A stretch of 64,000 bases of DNA. Origin: a phage. Positions 9,033 to 17,354 of the stretch are shown here, piece after piece; position 1 is the first letter of the stretch, and the number at the start of each line of letters is the position of its first letter. Both the position numbers and the translations under genes were made by a program. Below the pieces are notes generated by a model. The model saw only the letters and a program-made list of their open reading frames with translations, ran no database searches and had not been told where the DNA came from. The stretch is from the sequence record PQ724394.1; one strand, written 5' to 3'.

Positions 9033-9605
9033 TCAACTCGTTATTTCTATCCAGTGCTTCCTGCACAATGACACGTAAGAATCGTTGCCACCTATAGAAA
9101 CTTGGGCTCCGTCCTTAATTGCGACACCATCTTGGACCCTAGCAGTCATAGTAGCTTTACGGCCGCAATGGCACACACCTTTGTACTCAACGAGTTTATC
9201 TGCCGTAGCGAGTAATTCGGCAGAACCAGGAAACAGTTTACCCTGAAAATCAGTTCTTAGCCCATAACACATAACCGGAACGTTATAATTGTCTACTATC
9301 TTTGCCAGTTGTTTTATCTGTGTAGGTTCTAAGAACTGTGCTTCATCCACAAACACACAGTGGATATCTTTTTGAGATTCAGCCCAACGATAGAACTCGT
9401 ATAGGTCCATATCTGGAGTCACTGCATTAGCCTCTTGACTAATCCCTATACGAGACGAAATGGTATGGCTTGATTCTCTATTGTCTATCGCAGGCTTTAA
9501 AAGGAGCACGCCCATACCACGTTCTTTATAATTATGGGCGGCCGTTAGCAATGAAGCGGTTTTACCGGAGTTCATTGCCGCGTAGTGAAAATAAAGTTGA
9601 GCCAT
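9033..9605 (-). CDS. tk: thymidine kinase
   Basis: P-loop MNSGKT at N-terminus, C-terminal Cys cluster CHCGRKA...C typical of thymidine kinases; 190 aa. Confidence 0.9.
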   Translation of the reverse strand: MAQLYFHYAAMNSGKTASLLTAAHNYKERGMGVLLLKPAIDNRESSHTISSRIGISQEANAVTPDMDLYEFYRWAESQKDIHCVFVDEAQFLEPTQIKQLAKIVDNYNVPVMCYGLRTDFQGKLFPGSAELLATADKLVEYKGVCHCGRKATMTARVQDGVAIKDGAQVSIGGNDSYVSLCRKHWIEITS

Positions 9606-9614
9606 ATTACCTTC

Positions 9615-9788
9615 TTAAAGACTATTTACATAAGCAATTAATTCATTTTCCTTTTTAGAAAACTCATCCTCTTCGCCGCCTCTCCAATCCCAATCCAGAG
9701 AGTTATCAAATTCGCATTCTATATTAAGTTCCATGAGCTCATGGATAAGCTCAAACAATTTGTCTTTCTGTTCTTTACTCAAACTCAT
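9615..9788 (-). CDS. small acidic hypothetical protein (57 aa, below the ORF-track cutoff)
   Basis: Hand-translated ORF MSLSKEQKDKLFELIHELMELNIECEFD...; ATG overlaps upstream stop as ATGA; fills the gap upstream of tk. Confidence 0.35.
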   Translation of the reverse strand: MSLSKEQKDKLFELIHELMELNIECEFDNSLDWDWRGGEEDEFSKKENELIAYVNSL

Positions 9789-9991
9789 TTGGGTTCCCCA
9801 TATCGCACAAATTTAGGATGTTCGCAATAACCGGAATGAAAACCTTCACCCTTATGATTAGAACATCCTTTATTAGAACAGTACCACCAGTAATCAAATT
9901 CACATTCCATTTCATCGTTGCATAAAGCGGCGATTACTGGCCATTCGCATTTTTCACATTTGGCCGTTTTAAGAATTCGGGCTTGGCTCAT
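9785..9991 (-). CDS. Cys-rich putative zinc-binding protein (68 aa)
   Basis: Eleven Cys including CEKCEW and CSNKGCSNH motifs. Confidence 0.45.
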   Translation of the reverse strand: MSQARILKTAKCEKCEWPVIAALCNDEMECEFDYWWYCSNKGCSNHKGEGFHSGYCEHPKFVRYGEPK

Positions 9992-10185
9992 AATTCAATT
10001 CCGTCCATAGCCAAAATTCTTTTTCGTTGGGCCTTGAGAGCTGTTTGGGTTTTGTCATAATCTTCTTGACTACCGCTAGGCTGTAAAGCCGCTACTTTTT
10101 TGGCCAAGTGAATAAGCTTATCCAAGTTTTCAACAATACGTTCTTGTTCTTCATTCAGGCTCATAACCATTGCACCTTTAAGCAA
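9988..10185 (-). CDS. hypothetical protein (65 aa)
   Basis: Small ORF with overlapping stop/start in array. Confidence 0.4.
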   Translation of the reverse strand: MLKGAMVMSLNEEQERIVENLDKLIHLAKKVAALQPSGSQEDYDKTQTALKAQRKRILAMDGIEL

Positions 10186-10373
10186 TATTCTTCTACATGC
10201 TGTTTACGTTTATTTTTATCTATAAAAGTATATTCAACATATTCACCGATATACCATTTATCCGTGTTGTGTTGGCTTTTTATAGGGCATTTAGTTACTC
10301 GGGTTTCGGTCCAGCGCCGAATAATTTCGGCTTTGTTTTTAGGGTCAAACGGATGTGGGTAGTGTGCTTTCAT
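10161..10373 (-). CDS. hypothetical protein (70 aa)
   Basis: Small basic ORF in array. Confidence 0.4.
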   Translation of the reverse strand: MKAHYPHPFDPKNKAEIIRRWTETRVTKCPIKSQHNTDKWYIGEYVEYTFIDKNKRKQHVEEYCLKVQWL

Positions 10374-10824
10374 AATCCACCACTATTAAATCAATATCAG
10401 GGGTAAACATGTCGATTAATTTAGAAACCTTGTCCCAATCACCGCCAGCAATACCACAACCAATGCGAGGAATATAAATTCTTGGTTTAAACAAAAGAGT
10501 TTCTGCTTGTAGATTTAATTCTATCATACAGTTTACTAAAGCACCGTAATCAAGATTAGGGCCTGGTTCGTATTGTGTATACAAGTTATAGCACATACCA
10601 AACCCTGCAGGCTTATGTTTAAAAACAATAGACATGTCGCCTAATTTATCACGAGAACCGTATTCAGTAGTGGTCTTATCAATTTCTAATATTTTAGGAT
10701 AGGCTCTTGCTAATTGACCAGCAACACCTGAACCCATAGTATGAAAACAGTTGCACCCATGTGCAATAATATTACCTTGGAGAAACAGGGCGACGATATC
10801 GCCCTTAATATAATCAATAATCAT
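10345..10824 (-). CDS. macro-domain (ADP-ribose binding/processing) protein (159 aa)
   Basis: GDIV...NIIAHGCNCFHTMGSGVAGQ and IPRIGCGIAGG align with the macro-domain NAAN...GGGV...G and xSTGxxG motifs, compared from memory with E. coli YmdB. Confidence 0.55.
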   Translation of the reverse strand: MIIDYIKGDIVALFLQGNIIAHGCNCFHTMGSGVAGQLARAYPKILEIDKTTTEYGSRDKLGDMSIVFKHKPAGFGMCYNLYTQYEPGPNLDYGALVNCMIELNLQAETLLFKPRIYIPRIGCGIAGGDWDKVSKLIDMFTPDIDLIVVDYESTLPTSV

Positions 10825-11177
10825 TTAGAGTTTAGCCCTCGGTTGTAAGAGTCAACGAGTCTGTCTACCATAGACGCGCACATTTCTTTGTACTTTTTAT
10901 CAGATGGAACACATTCAGTAACGTTTAGACGTTGCTCGTATCTTTTAGAAAGAGTTTTCTCTTTCATTCGGCGATGCTCGACGTCGTTCTGCCCATCTTT
11001 AAAAGCAGCTGTTATTTTTGAACTGAATTCAATAACACATTCAGTATTACTCGGATGACAATAATCTTTTGCTGTACGGGTGGCATACTCGACAATTGAA
11101 TTATTTGTATCATCAACCTGTGATGCTAATACTCCCGGAGCAATCAACATAAGCGCTATAGTCATCTGTTTAATCAT
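10821..11177 (-). CDS. secreted hypothetical protein (118 aa, signal peptide)
   Basis: N-terminal MIKQMTIALMLIAPGVLASQ signal-like sequence. Confidence 0.45.
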   Translation of the reverse strand: MIKQMTIALMLIAPGVLASQVDDTNNSIVEYATRTAKDYCHPSNTECVIEFSSKITAAFKDGQNDVEHRRMKEKTLSKRYEQRLNVTECVPSDKKYKEMCASMVDRLVDSYNRGLNSK

Positions 11178-11717
11178 TTAATATACCGCCTCAAACATCT
11201 TTTTAGATTTTAGGTAATTGGCCTTTTCTAGAACTTCGGAAGCATATTTACTGCCTGCTTTGACATTCCAGCCCGCATTATAAGAAGCAATCGCTTTTCT
11301 CAGGTCACCTTTGTGAACATTAATCCAATAAGACAGCTCAATGTAGGCCCAAGAGGCACTGTTCTGTCGTTTTTGGACCATACGAATTATTTCTTTGTCT
11401 GACATCTTCCAACCTACCTGTTGAACACGACTTCTTAACGTAGGCAAGTAATTTTGGAACATGCCATAAGCATGGTGCTTATCTTTATTTAAACCTTGAT
11501 TAATTCCAGCAGATGATTCCTGCCATAATAATCCGGCCATTATATATCCTAATCCTTTTTGATTAGGGTTTTCTTTGAACTTTCCCGACTTTTGGTATTG
11601 TTCACCGAAAGCATACGCATAATGTAAATTATCGAGTTGTTCATTACTGAAAGTAGGCTCTACGCTATAGGCAGACATACTAACTGTCAATAGTAAAGTG
11701 GCTAATACTTTTTTCAT
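11178..11717 (-). CDS. secreted lytic transglycosylase-like protein (SLT domain, 179 aa)
   Basis: Signal peptide MKKVLATLLLTVSMSAYS; SLT-like motifs QESSAG, GMFQ, SYNAG. Confidence 0.5.
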   Translation of the reverse strand: MKKVLATLLLTVSMSAYSVEPTFSNEQLDNLHYAYAFGEQYQKSGKFKENPNQKGLGYIMAGLLWQESSAGINQGLNKDKHHAYGMFQNYLPTLRSRVQQVGWKMSDKEIIRMVQKRQNSASWAYIELSYWINVHKGDLRKAIASYNAGWNVKAGSKYASEVLEKANYLKSKKMFEAVY

Positions 11718-11729
11718 GAGACCTCATTA

Positions 11730-12188
11730 TTAAAGATAGATTACTTTCGTGCTGGTTTTACCTTCTAAACGTTTAGAGTTAACAAATGCCATACGACATT
11801 TTAATGAATATCCTTTATCAGGATGTTTACGATCTACGGTCATACCCAACCATAAGGTTTTATCGGTAATCTCGAGACGCAGTGGACGATACACCTTACC
11901 TGGAATAATTTCAGATTCTACGTCAGGAAGAGGCTCCTGGATTAAAAATTCATGGATTTCTTTAACATGATTGTGGAGCTTCTTGAACAAAGAGAAAACA
12001 TATTTTTCGTCAATTTCACGTTGGATAGCACGGTCCAACAAGTGATTAGAGTACTTAATAAAGAAAGCTGGGACCCCGCTCTTAATGGCGGCTTTTTTGA
12101 TGGACGCGTTAAGTTCACGAAATTCGGTTTCGAACTGACGACGTAATTTGTTGCGGCGGATGAATACTTCTGAATTAATTTCTGACAT
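11730..12188 (-). CDS. regB: RegB site-specific endoribonuclease
   Basis: MSEINSEVFIRRNKLRRQFETEFRE... closely matches T4 RegB from memory; ATG at 12188 just downstream of a PeSL-like promoter; the ORF track extends upstream through the promoter. Confidence 0.75.
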   Translation of the reverse strand: MSEINSEVFIRRNKLRRQFETEFRELNASIKKAAIKSGVPAFFIKYSNHLLDRAIQREIDEKYVFSLFKKLHNHVKEIHEFLIQEPLPDVESEIIPGKVYRPLRLEITDKTLWLGMTVDRKHPDKGYSLKCRMAFVNSKRLEGKTSTKVIYL

Positions 12189-12245
12189 TTTGTAATCTCC
12201 TGTAGTTGATAGGTCTATAGTACCACGTCTACAGGAGATGTAAAC
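12189..12245 (-). promoter_or_regulatory. PeSL-like early promoter cassette
   Basis: Minus-sense GTTTACATCTCCTGTAGACGTGGTACTATAGACCTATCAACTACAGGAG; perfect 9-bp inverted repeat CTCCTGTAG/CTACAGGAG. Confidence 0.65.
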
Positions 12246-12250
12246 TGCTT

Positions 12251-12529
12251 TTAGTATTTTTCCTCGGGTTGGAAAACGGAACGACAGGCCCACATGGATG
12301 CTTCTTTCAAGCGTTCGATTGCCGTGCGAATCTGGGCGAGACGTTCATGAGTGAGGTCGAATTCTTCACCACTCATTTTATCAACACCTGAGCATGTAAA
12401 GGCTTCAACGTATTCTTCTTCTAGTGCTTTAAAGATTAAGCCTAATCGAACTTCAGCATCTTTAATGGCATTCACTTTACTGATTTTATCGTCGGTATGT
12501 GGCTTGTAACCCTTGATATCTTCAATCAT
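12251..12529 (-). CDS. hypothetical protein (92 aa)
   Basis: ORF in array. Confidence 0.45.
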   Translation of the reverse strand: MIEDIKGYKPHTDDKISKVNAIKDAEVRLGLIFKALEEEYVEAFTCSGVDKMSGEEFDLTHERLAQIRTAIERLKEASMWACRSVFQPEEKY

Positions 12530-12744
12530 TTCGCTTCCTCATCAGATGCAATATCATATTCTACAAAACGAAGGCCATCGTATCCACCACTAACAGAGAT
12601 ATACGTAGTCGGGTAAACAATTTCTTTACCATTCCATTGGCCGCCGTCCCAACATTCCATAAAGCCTTGTTCGCCCTGTTCGTGGAACCAGTCAACAAAC
12701 ATCTTCAGAGCTTCATCAGAGCCTTCAATTGTCAATTTAGACAT
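12526..12744 (-). CDS. hypothetical acidic protein (72 aa)
   Basis: ORF in array with overlapping stop/start. Confidence 0.45.
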   Translation of the reverse strand: MSKLTIEGSDEALKMFVDWFHEQGEQGFMECWDGGQWNGKEIVYPTTYISVSGGYDGLRFVEYDIASDEEAK

Positions 12745-13033
12745 ATTTTTTCCAGTCAGAAATCATATGAATCTCTTGGTCATACGTCAAGAGACTGCGA
12801 GTAATAATACCCTTACACGGCCCTGAGATGAACTCGAGGGTGAAGTAAGGAACCTGTTTCATTAATCGGATGCTTGGGGCATGACATCTAAAACGAGAGC
12901 CCTTAAAGGGCCCTGACATGAATACATATTCCAATGGATAGAAATAAGCATATTCGAAATTTGCAGTAAGGTCCTCTCTTCGAACCTTACGTGAGAAATA
13001 ACAGAACTCAAAAAGCTCTTCATCAGTCATCAT
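12737..13033 (-). CDS. hypothetical protein with internal duplicated SGP-x-KG motif (98 aa)
   Basis: Two copies of a Y/F-x-LE-x-x-F/I-x-SGP-x-KG segment within 98 aa. Confidence 0.45.
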   Translation of the reverse strand: MMTDEELFEFCYFSRKVRREDLTANFEYAYFYPLEYVFMSGPFKGSRFRCHAPSIRLMKQVPYFTLEFISGPCKGIITRSLLTYDQEIHMISDWKKYV

Positions 13034-13557
13034 TGCATTCCTATCACAAAGAACAGTGGCAGAGGTTTAGAACCCTGGCACATAAATTTGTTAATCATTA
13101 CCTGGTAAGCTTCATAGAACTTATCCATCGATGGAAGGCGCATTGGCTCTTCGATAATAATCAATAATCGAGTAACTGATAGACCACGATACTTATGGAA
13201 GTTATCTTCGTCTAAAAATGAACGCACAGTATCATATACAACAAACCCAGGACCTTCTACCTGAAGGTGTGGGTGGGCCTTAGAAACCCTTTTTATTATA
13301 TTACAGATTTCTCGTGAGCGATGCGAAGAACTCGACATAACAATCACATCATTACCCTTGGAAACCCAATCAGCCGCGAACTGGGCAAGGGCACTTGTTT
13401 TACCTGTTTGACGCCCACCGTCAAGTCGAAGAGTACCAAACTCTTGCATTCTTGAAGTAGGTTCGTACCAGGTATATTGGTCTGAGTCTAAACGTTCAAT
13501 GGCGCGTTCAGCGAAGGCGTGCATTAAGGTTAGATAAATAGGGGTTAAAAATTTCAT
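13030..13557 (-). CDS. P-loop NTPase-like hypothetical protein (175 aa)
   Basis: Walker A-like GGRQTGKTS and hydrophobic-acidic LLIIIEEP. Confidence 0.45.
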   Translation of the reverse strand: MKFLTPIYLTLMHAFAERAIERLDSDQYTWYEPTSRMQEFGTLRLDGGRQTGKTSALAQFAADWVSKGNDVIVMSSSSHRSREICNIIKRVSKAHPHLQVEGPGFVVYDTVRSFLDEDNFHKYRGLSVTRLLIIIEEPMRLPSMDKFYEAYQVMINKFMCQGSKPLPLFFVIGMQ

Positions 13558-13704
13558 AGTGGTCTCTTAGTTGTGGGCCGTTCCTTGGCACATTAATTCG
13601 TCCCTTTCTGCATTTACCCATTACCGCACTTGGGCTCGACCTTATTACAGGTTGGCAGGAGTCCCTCACAGAATTGTGAGGTCCAGGTTGCTCCCATTTA
13701 ATTA

Positions 13705-14064
13705 TTAAAGATGGTCAAGTGCTGGGTTGTGAGGTTTTTCTGCTTTAGTAGTGTTTTTGTGCCAATCTGATTTAGAGACACGAATTGCATCAGCGCCATA
13801 AGAACTCTTAAGGATGCCTTTTTTATTGTACACACTTACTGAAGTAAGAGAATCACCGTTCCAAGTAGCATGGACGAAGTTGGATTTAGATTTAAGCTCT
13901 TTAGCCAGGCTCTGATTAGTAGCCATAGAAGCAAAATCTTTACCCGTAACTTTAAAGACTTCAGACGGGTTCAGGCCTTCTTTAGCCTTAGCCAACTGTT
14001 CAGGCGACATACCTTCATTAATGCGTTGGGTAGATTCTGTAATAAATTCTTGATAAGTTTTCAT
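13705..14064 (-). CDS. internal-protein-like protein with capsid-targeting leader (119 aa)
   Basis: N-terminal MKTYQEFITE matches the T4 internal-protein capsid-targeting sequence; adjacent to denV/e as ipII/ipIII are in T4. Confidence 0.55.
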   Translation of the reverse strand: MKTYQEFITESTQRINEGMSPEQLAKAKEGLNPSEVFKVTGKDFASMATNQSLAKELKSKSNFVHATWNGDSLTSVSVYNKKGILKSSYGADAIRVSKSDWHKNTTKAEKPHNPALDHL

Positions 14065-14106
14065 ATTATTCCTTAAGTTGATAGAAGTATTCTATCACGG
14101 ATTTAA

Positions 14107-14523
14107 TTAAGCGTAAATAGCCTTGCCATAGTGTTTGTACCAGGTAGGACGTTGTGCAATTTTTTCATCCAAACGGGCTTGTGAAATAGCGATAGAAGCT
14201 TCGTGAGGAACATAATCACCACGGAATTCCTGAGGAATATCACTAATGTCCTGGACTGTAGTATCCTTGATATTAAAGCCACGTTTTAAACATTCAGCTA
14301 TAAGCTCAATTTGACGCTTACGTAAAAATTCAAGCTTATCATAAAAGAATGTAACATGGCCCGTACCAAGTATAAAAGTAGGGCTGATTTTAAAATCACG
14401 AACACGTTTACCGTTAGCAACATGCTTACGAACCGCACCGAAAACACGTGGTAATTCACGGTATTCAGCCATTAAGTGTTGGTCAGCCAATTCAGATACT
14501 AAGGTAAGGTTGATACGAGTCAT
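14107..14523 (-). CDS. denV: endonuclease V (pyrimidine-dimer DNA glycosylase)
   Basis: 138 aa, near-identical to T4 endonuclease V as recalled ([28 protein letters not shown]...). Confidence 0.9.
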   Translation of the reverse strand: MTRINLTLVSELADQHLMAEYRELPRVFGAVRKHVANGKRVRDFKISPTFILGTGHVTFFYDKLEFLRKRQIELIAECLKRGFNIKDTTVQDISDIPQEFRGDYVPHEASIAISQARLDEKIAQRPTWYKHYGKAIYA

Positions 14524-14578
14524 TTTAATCTCCTGTAGTTGATAGGTCTATAGTATCATGCCTACTGGAGATGTAAAC
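14524..14578 (-). promoter_or_regulatory. PeSL-like early promoter cassette
   Basis: Minus-sense GTTTACATCTCCAGTAGGCATGATACTATAGACCTATCAACTACAGGAG upstream of denV. Confidence 0.65.
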
Positions 14579-14583
14579 TGCTT

Positions 14584-15072
14584 TTATCTATAAGCGGCCC
14601 AAGTACCTGTTTTAAAGGCGGCGATAACACGCTTGGCACGATTCGGGGTTTGCTTGTACCAACGAGACTGCGCCAGGTTAACTGCGGCGTCATCCCAACG
14701 TTTCTGTTGGAGCATACGCAGAGAGTTGGTAAACCCCGCTACACCAGCTTCACCCATTTGGAAGACCATATTAATCAATGCACAACGACGAACTTCGTCC
14801 AGCACATCATAAACTGGTTTCAATTTAGGATTACGCATTATAGCTCTACGAGCATTTTCCACTGAACGATTAAAGAGTTGTTCAGCTTCAGCCATAGTAA
14901 TACGACCATTACAAACTCGACCCATAAGCTTATCAAGTTCAGCGCGAGCAACATCTTTAGATGGGTTCTTGGTAACTAACTGGCCTATACCAATAGTCCA
15001 ATAACCTTCAGTGTCTTTATAAAGATTTAAATCAAGACCTTCGTCTTGACGTAACATATCAAAAATATCCAT
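14584..15072 (-). CDS. e: lysozyme (endolysin)
   Basis: 162 aa; strongly T4-lysozyme-like ([30 protein letters not shown]...[15 protein letters not shown]). Confidence 0.95.
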   Translation of the reverse strand: MDIFDMLRQDEGLDLNLYKDTEGYWTIGIGQLVTKNPSKDVARAELDKLMGRVCNGRITMAEAEQLFNRSVENARRAIMRNPKLKPVYDVLDEVRRCALINMVFQMGEAGVAGFTNSLRMLQQKRWDDAAVNLAQSRWYKQTPNRAKRVIAAFKTGTWAAYR

Positions 15073-15103
15073 AATTACCTCCTGATTATAGGAGGTATTT
15101 ATA

Positions 15104-15550
15104 TCAAAAGAGTGAATCTAAAACCTTAAACATCGACTGGCCCATGACGTATTCCCATTGCGGACGTTTAATCAAAGCGAAAGCGTCGAATTCTGGAATC
15201 GTACGACCATCAGGGAACGTATGGTAAGCCGTACATTTGCAATTCTTGAACTGCTCGTGTTCGACAGGCACAGTATATAAGAACAGGTGTAGATTCTTAT
15301 TGCTTGAATATTTGAACTCACCTAGGTCTTTCAGGAACGCAGGGTCGTATGCCGTGAATCCAATCTCTTCTTCGGTTTCACGCATTGCTGCTTGAATAGG
15401 CTCTTCGCCTGGTTCGACATGACCTTTAGGAATGTCCCATTTATGACGCATGTTCTCTGGATTACGAGAGCCTGTTACACGACCCATAACCAATTCTTTA
15501 TCGGCGGTCATGAACAAAATACCTGCGGATAATTCTTTAACTTTACTCAT
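15104..15550 (-). CDS. nudE: Nudix hydrolase
   Basis: Nudix box [22 protein letters not shown]; directly upstream of e as in T4; start taken at internal MSKVKEL. Confidence 0.8.
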   Translation of the reverse strand: MSKVKELSAGILFMTADKELVMGRVTGSRNPENMRHKWDIPKGHVEPGEEPIQAAMRETEEEIGFTAYDPAFLKDLGEFKYSSNKNLHLFLYTVPVEHEQFKNCKCTAYHTFPDGRTIPEFDAFALIKRPQWEYVMGQSMFKVLDSLF

Positions 15551-15779
15551 CGTCTCGTTTCCATGATTGTTCAAAAATATCTCGTATAATAATTTCAACA
15601 CACGTTTCTGTTGACGGACTTTCACTATCAGATATTTGGACCATATAATCAGAAATAGGTCGGAACAAATCCAAGTCGCTTTCTAAATCTTCTTTGATTT
15701 TCTCTTCTGATGTTCCAGTGTCATAGGAATACAGATACGAATCGCATGACTCGGATTTAATATAAATCGCAATACTCAT
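15543..15779 (-). CDS. acidic hypothetical protein (78 aa)
   Basis: ORF in array, D/E/S-rich. Confidence 0.45.
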   Translation of the reverse strand: MSIAIYIKSESCDSYLYSYDTGTSEEKIKEDLESDLDLFRPISDYMVQISDSESPSTETCVEIIIRDIFEQSWKRDDE

Positions 15780-16363
15780 TTACGGCATTCCTCAATAAAA
15801 GAGTTTAATGTATTTTTCTTAGTGATATCGTCATACACCTTTTTAACTTTAGAAATACGAAAAGGTACTTCAACAACTGCAGTCCATAAAAATGATGCGA
15901 TAAGTCCTAAGATAGCCGCAGACATCGCTGAAGCAAATAGCGTAATAGGCAGGTCATTATCCGTTGTCAGGAAAAACCCTAGGAGTGGGAAAAATAATAT
16001 CCCCATCCAAACATAGAACCTAGAACTCACTAATTTGTCGTATTCATCACTCCATGTACGAAAGCCGTATTTTTTGCTATAACAAATCAATGGGTCTGGT
16101 GTCTGTTCTTTATGGGGTTCCGGTTGCCAACCATTTACGATATATCCCATTTTATATTCCTCAATTAAAAGTTGTTTCATTTCAGCAGTACAACCTGACC
16201 AATCTATTGTACTGGCTGAAATTCCTTCATCGCCATCATCAATATTTCGCCAGGACTTTTTAATAATCATATTCTCACCACTTGGGATAATGATTCCGGC
16301 ATTTTCTGACCGACGGATGAAGTTTACATCAACACCCATGCATCCGGGTTCATAAAGGGCCAT
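15776..16363 (-). CDS. membrane hypothetical protein (195 aa)
   Basis: C-terminal hydrophobic helices FYVWMGILFFPLLGFFL and AILGLIASFLWTAVV. Confidence 0.5.
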   Translation of the reverse strand: MALYEPGCMGVDVNFIRRSENAGIIIPSGENMIIKKSWRNIDDGDEGISASTIDWSGCTAEMKQLLIEEYKMGYIVNGWQPEPHKEQTPDPLICYSKKYGFRTWSDEYDKLVSSRFYVWMGILFFPLLGFFLTTDNDLPITLFASAMSAAILGLIASFLWTAVVEVPFRISKVKKVYDDITKKNTLNSFIEECRK

Positions 16364-17049
16364 TACCAGCCCTCCATAGGGAATTCCAGATATACTTGAG
16401 CATTAACGCGGATTTCATTTGTAATCTTTTTAACACGGTCGGTATTACGAGACACACGACCAAACCAGCGCCAACCGTTACTTACTGCACGAGAACCTGT
16501 ATGCCATGTCTGCCAATCAAACTGGAGCAATGTGCGGTCAGGAGCATCCCACTTGGTTAGTTCATTGGACTCGATTTTTTCCAGAACTTCTTTATGCCAC
16601 TGGCGATAGATAAGTTCGCCTTCAGGAATCTGGCTAAATTGTGCAGTTCCGGTTGCAAAATAAGTAGGACACACATCAGCGTTAACAAGACCAAGAATAT
16701 GTTCAGAATGGTATCGAGGATTATCATAATCAGGTTGCCCTGCAGTAATAAAGTGTTGACCAACCGGAATATCCGGACGTGGTACATCATCATGGTGATA
16801 ACCTGGGATAGCAGGATACCAACCAGGCATAAGCATATGAACTCGAGAATCAAATACAACCTGGTCGGTGTTCCACTCATCTGGCAGGTTCATGATGAAG
16901 CTGCGAGTAATAGGGCCGCCGTTATCAAAAGCGAAGGCCAACGAACTGTTGAAGAACATAGTTTCATTTTTGATTTTATCGTTAGAAATTTTACCGGCAA
17001 AACTACCTACTGCACGAGCTTTGGAATTAAAAGTTTTCGGGCCGTTCAT
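16363..17049 (-). CDS. hypothetical protein (228 aa), possible enzyme
   Basis: Long ORF, His/Asp-rich segments (HHDDVPRPD, RYHSEH); family not recognised. Confidence 0.5.
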   Translation of the reverse strand: MNGPKTFNSKARAVGSFAGKISNDKIKNETMFFNSSLAFAFDNGGPITRSFIMNLPDEWNTDQVVFDSRVHMLMPGWYPAIPGYHHDDVPRPDIPVGQHFITAGQPDYDNPRYHSEHILGLVNADVCPTYFATGTAQFSQIPEGELIYRQWHKEVLEKIESNELTKWDAPDRTLLQFDWQTWHTGSRAVSNGWRWFGRVSRNTDRVKKITNEIRVNAQVYLEFPMEGW

Positions 17050-17063
17050 AATATTTTCCTCAA

Positions 17064-17276
17064 TTACTTTTTGTTGAAAAAGTACATTTTACCTTTAGGG
17101 GATAAGGATACACGAAGTGCGTTACCGATACCAACTGAACATTTAACCAGGTCGGCAGATTTCAATTCACCAAATGCTTGACGAAGGTCACCGTCACGAG
17201 TGTTAACCATCAGGCATTTAGCACCAGCTGCACGAACTTCGTTTAACATGTTTATTGCTTGGTTAGAAAGTTTCAT
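17064..17276 (-). CDS. small hypothetical protein (70 aa)
   Basis: ATG at 17276 preceded by RBS GGAGAATAAA and a PeSL-like promoter; the ORF track extends upstream through the promoter. Confidence 0.5.
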   Translation of the reverse strand: MKLSNQAINMLNEVRAAGAKCLMVNTRDGDLRQAFGELKSADLVKCSVGIGNALRVSLSPKGKMYFFNKK

Positions 17277-17342
17277 TTTATTCTCCATTTCACTCTGTTG
17301 TTTTGATAGGTCTATAGTATCACACCTATAGACCTTGTATAC
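17277..17342 (-). promoter_or_regulatory. PeSL-like early promoter cassette (-35 variant GTATAC)
   Basis: Minus-sense GTATACAAGGTCTATAGGTGTGATACTATAGACCTATCAAAAC; 10-bp inverted repeat AGGTCTATAG/CTATAGACCT. Confidence 0.6.
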
Positions 17343-17354
17343 TGTTTTATGCAA

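Noticed and set aside
16594-17181. Plus-strand ORF of 195 aa
   Set aside because: Entirely antisense to minus-strand genes 16363..17049 and 17064..17276 in a region where all supported genes are on the minus strand.
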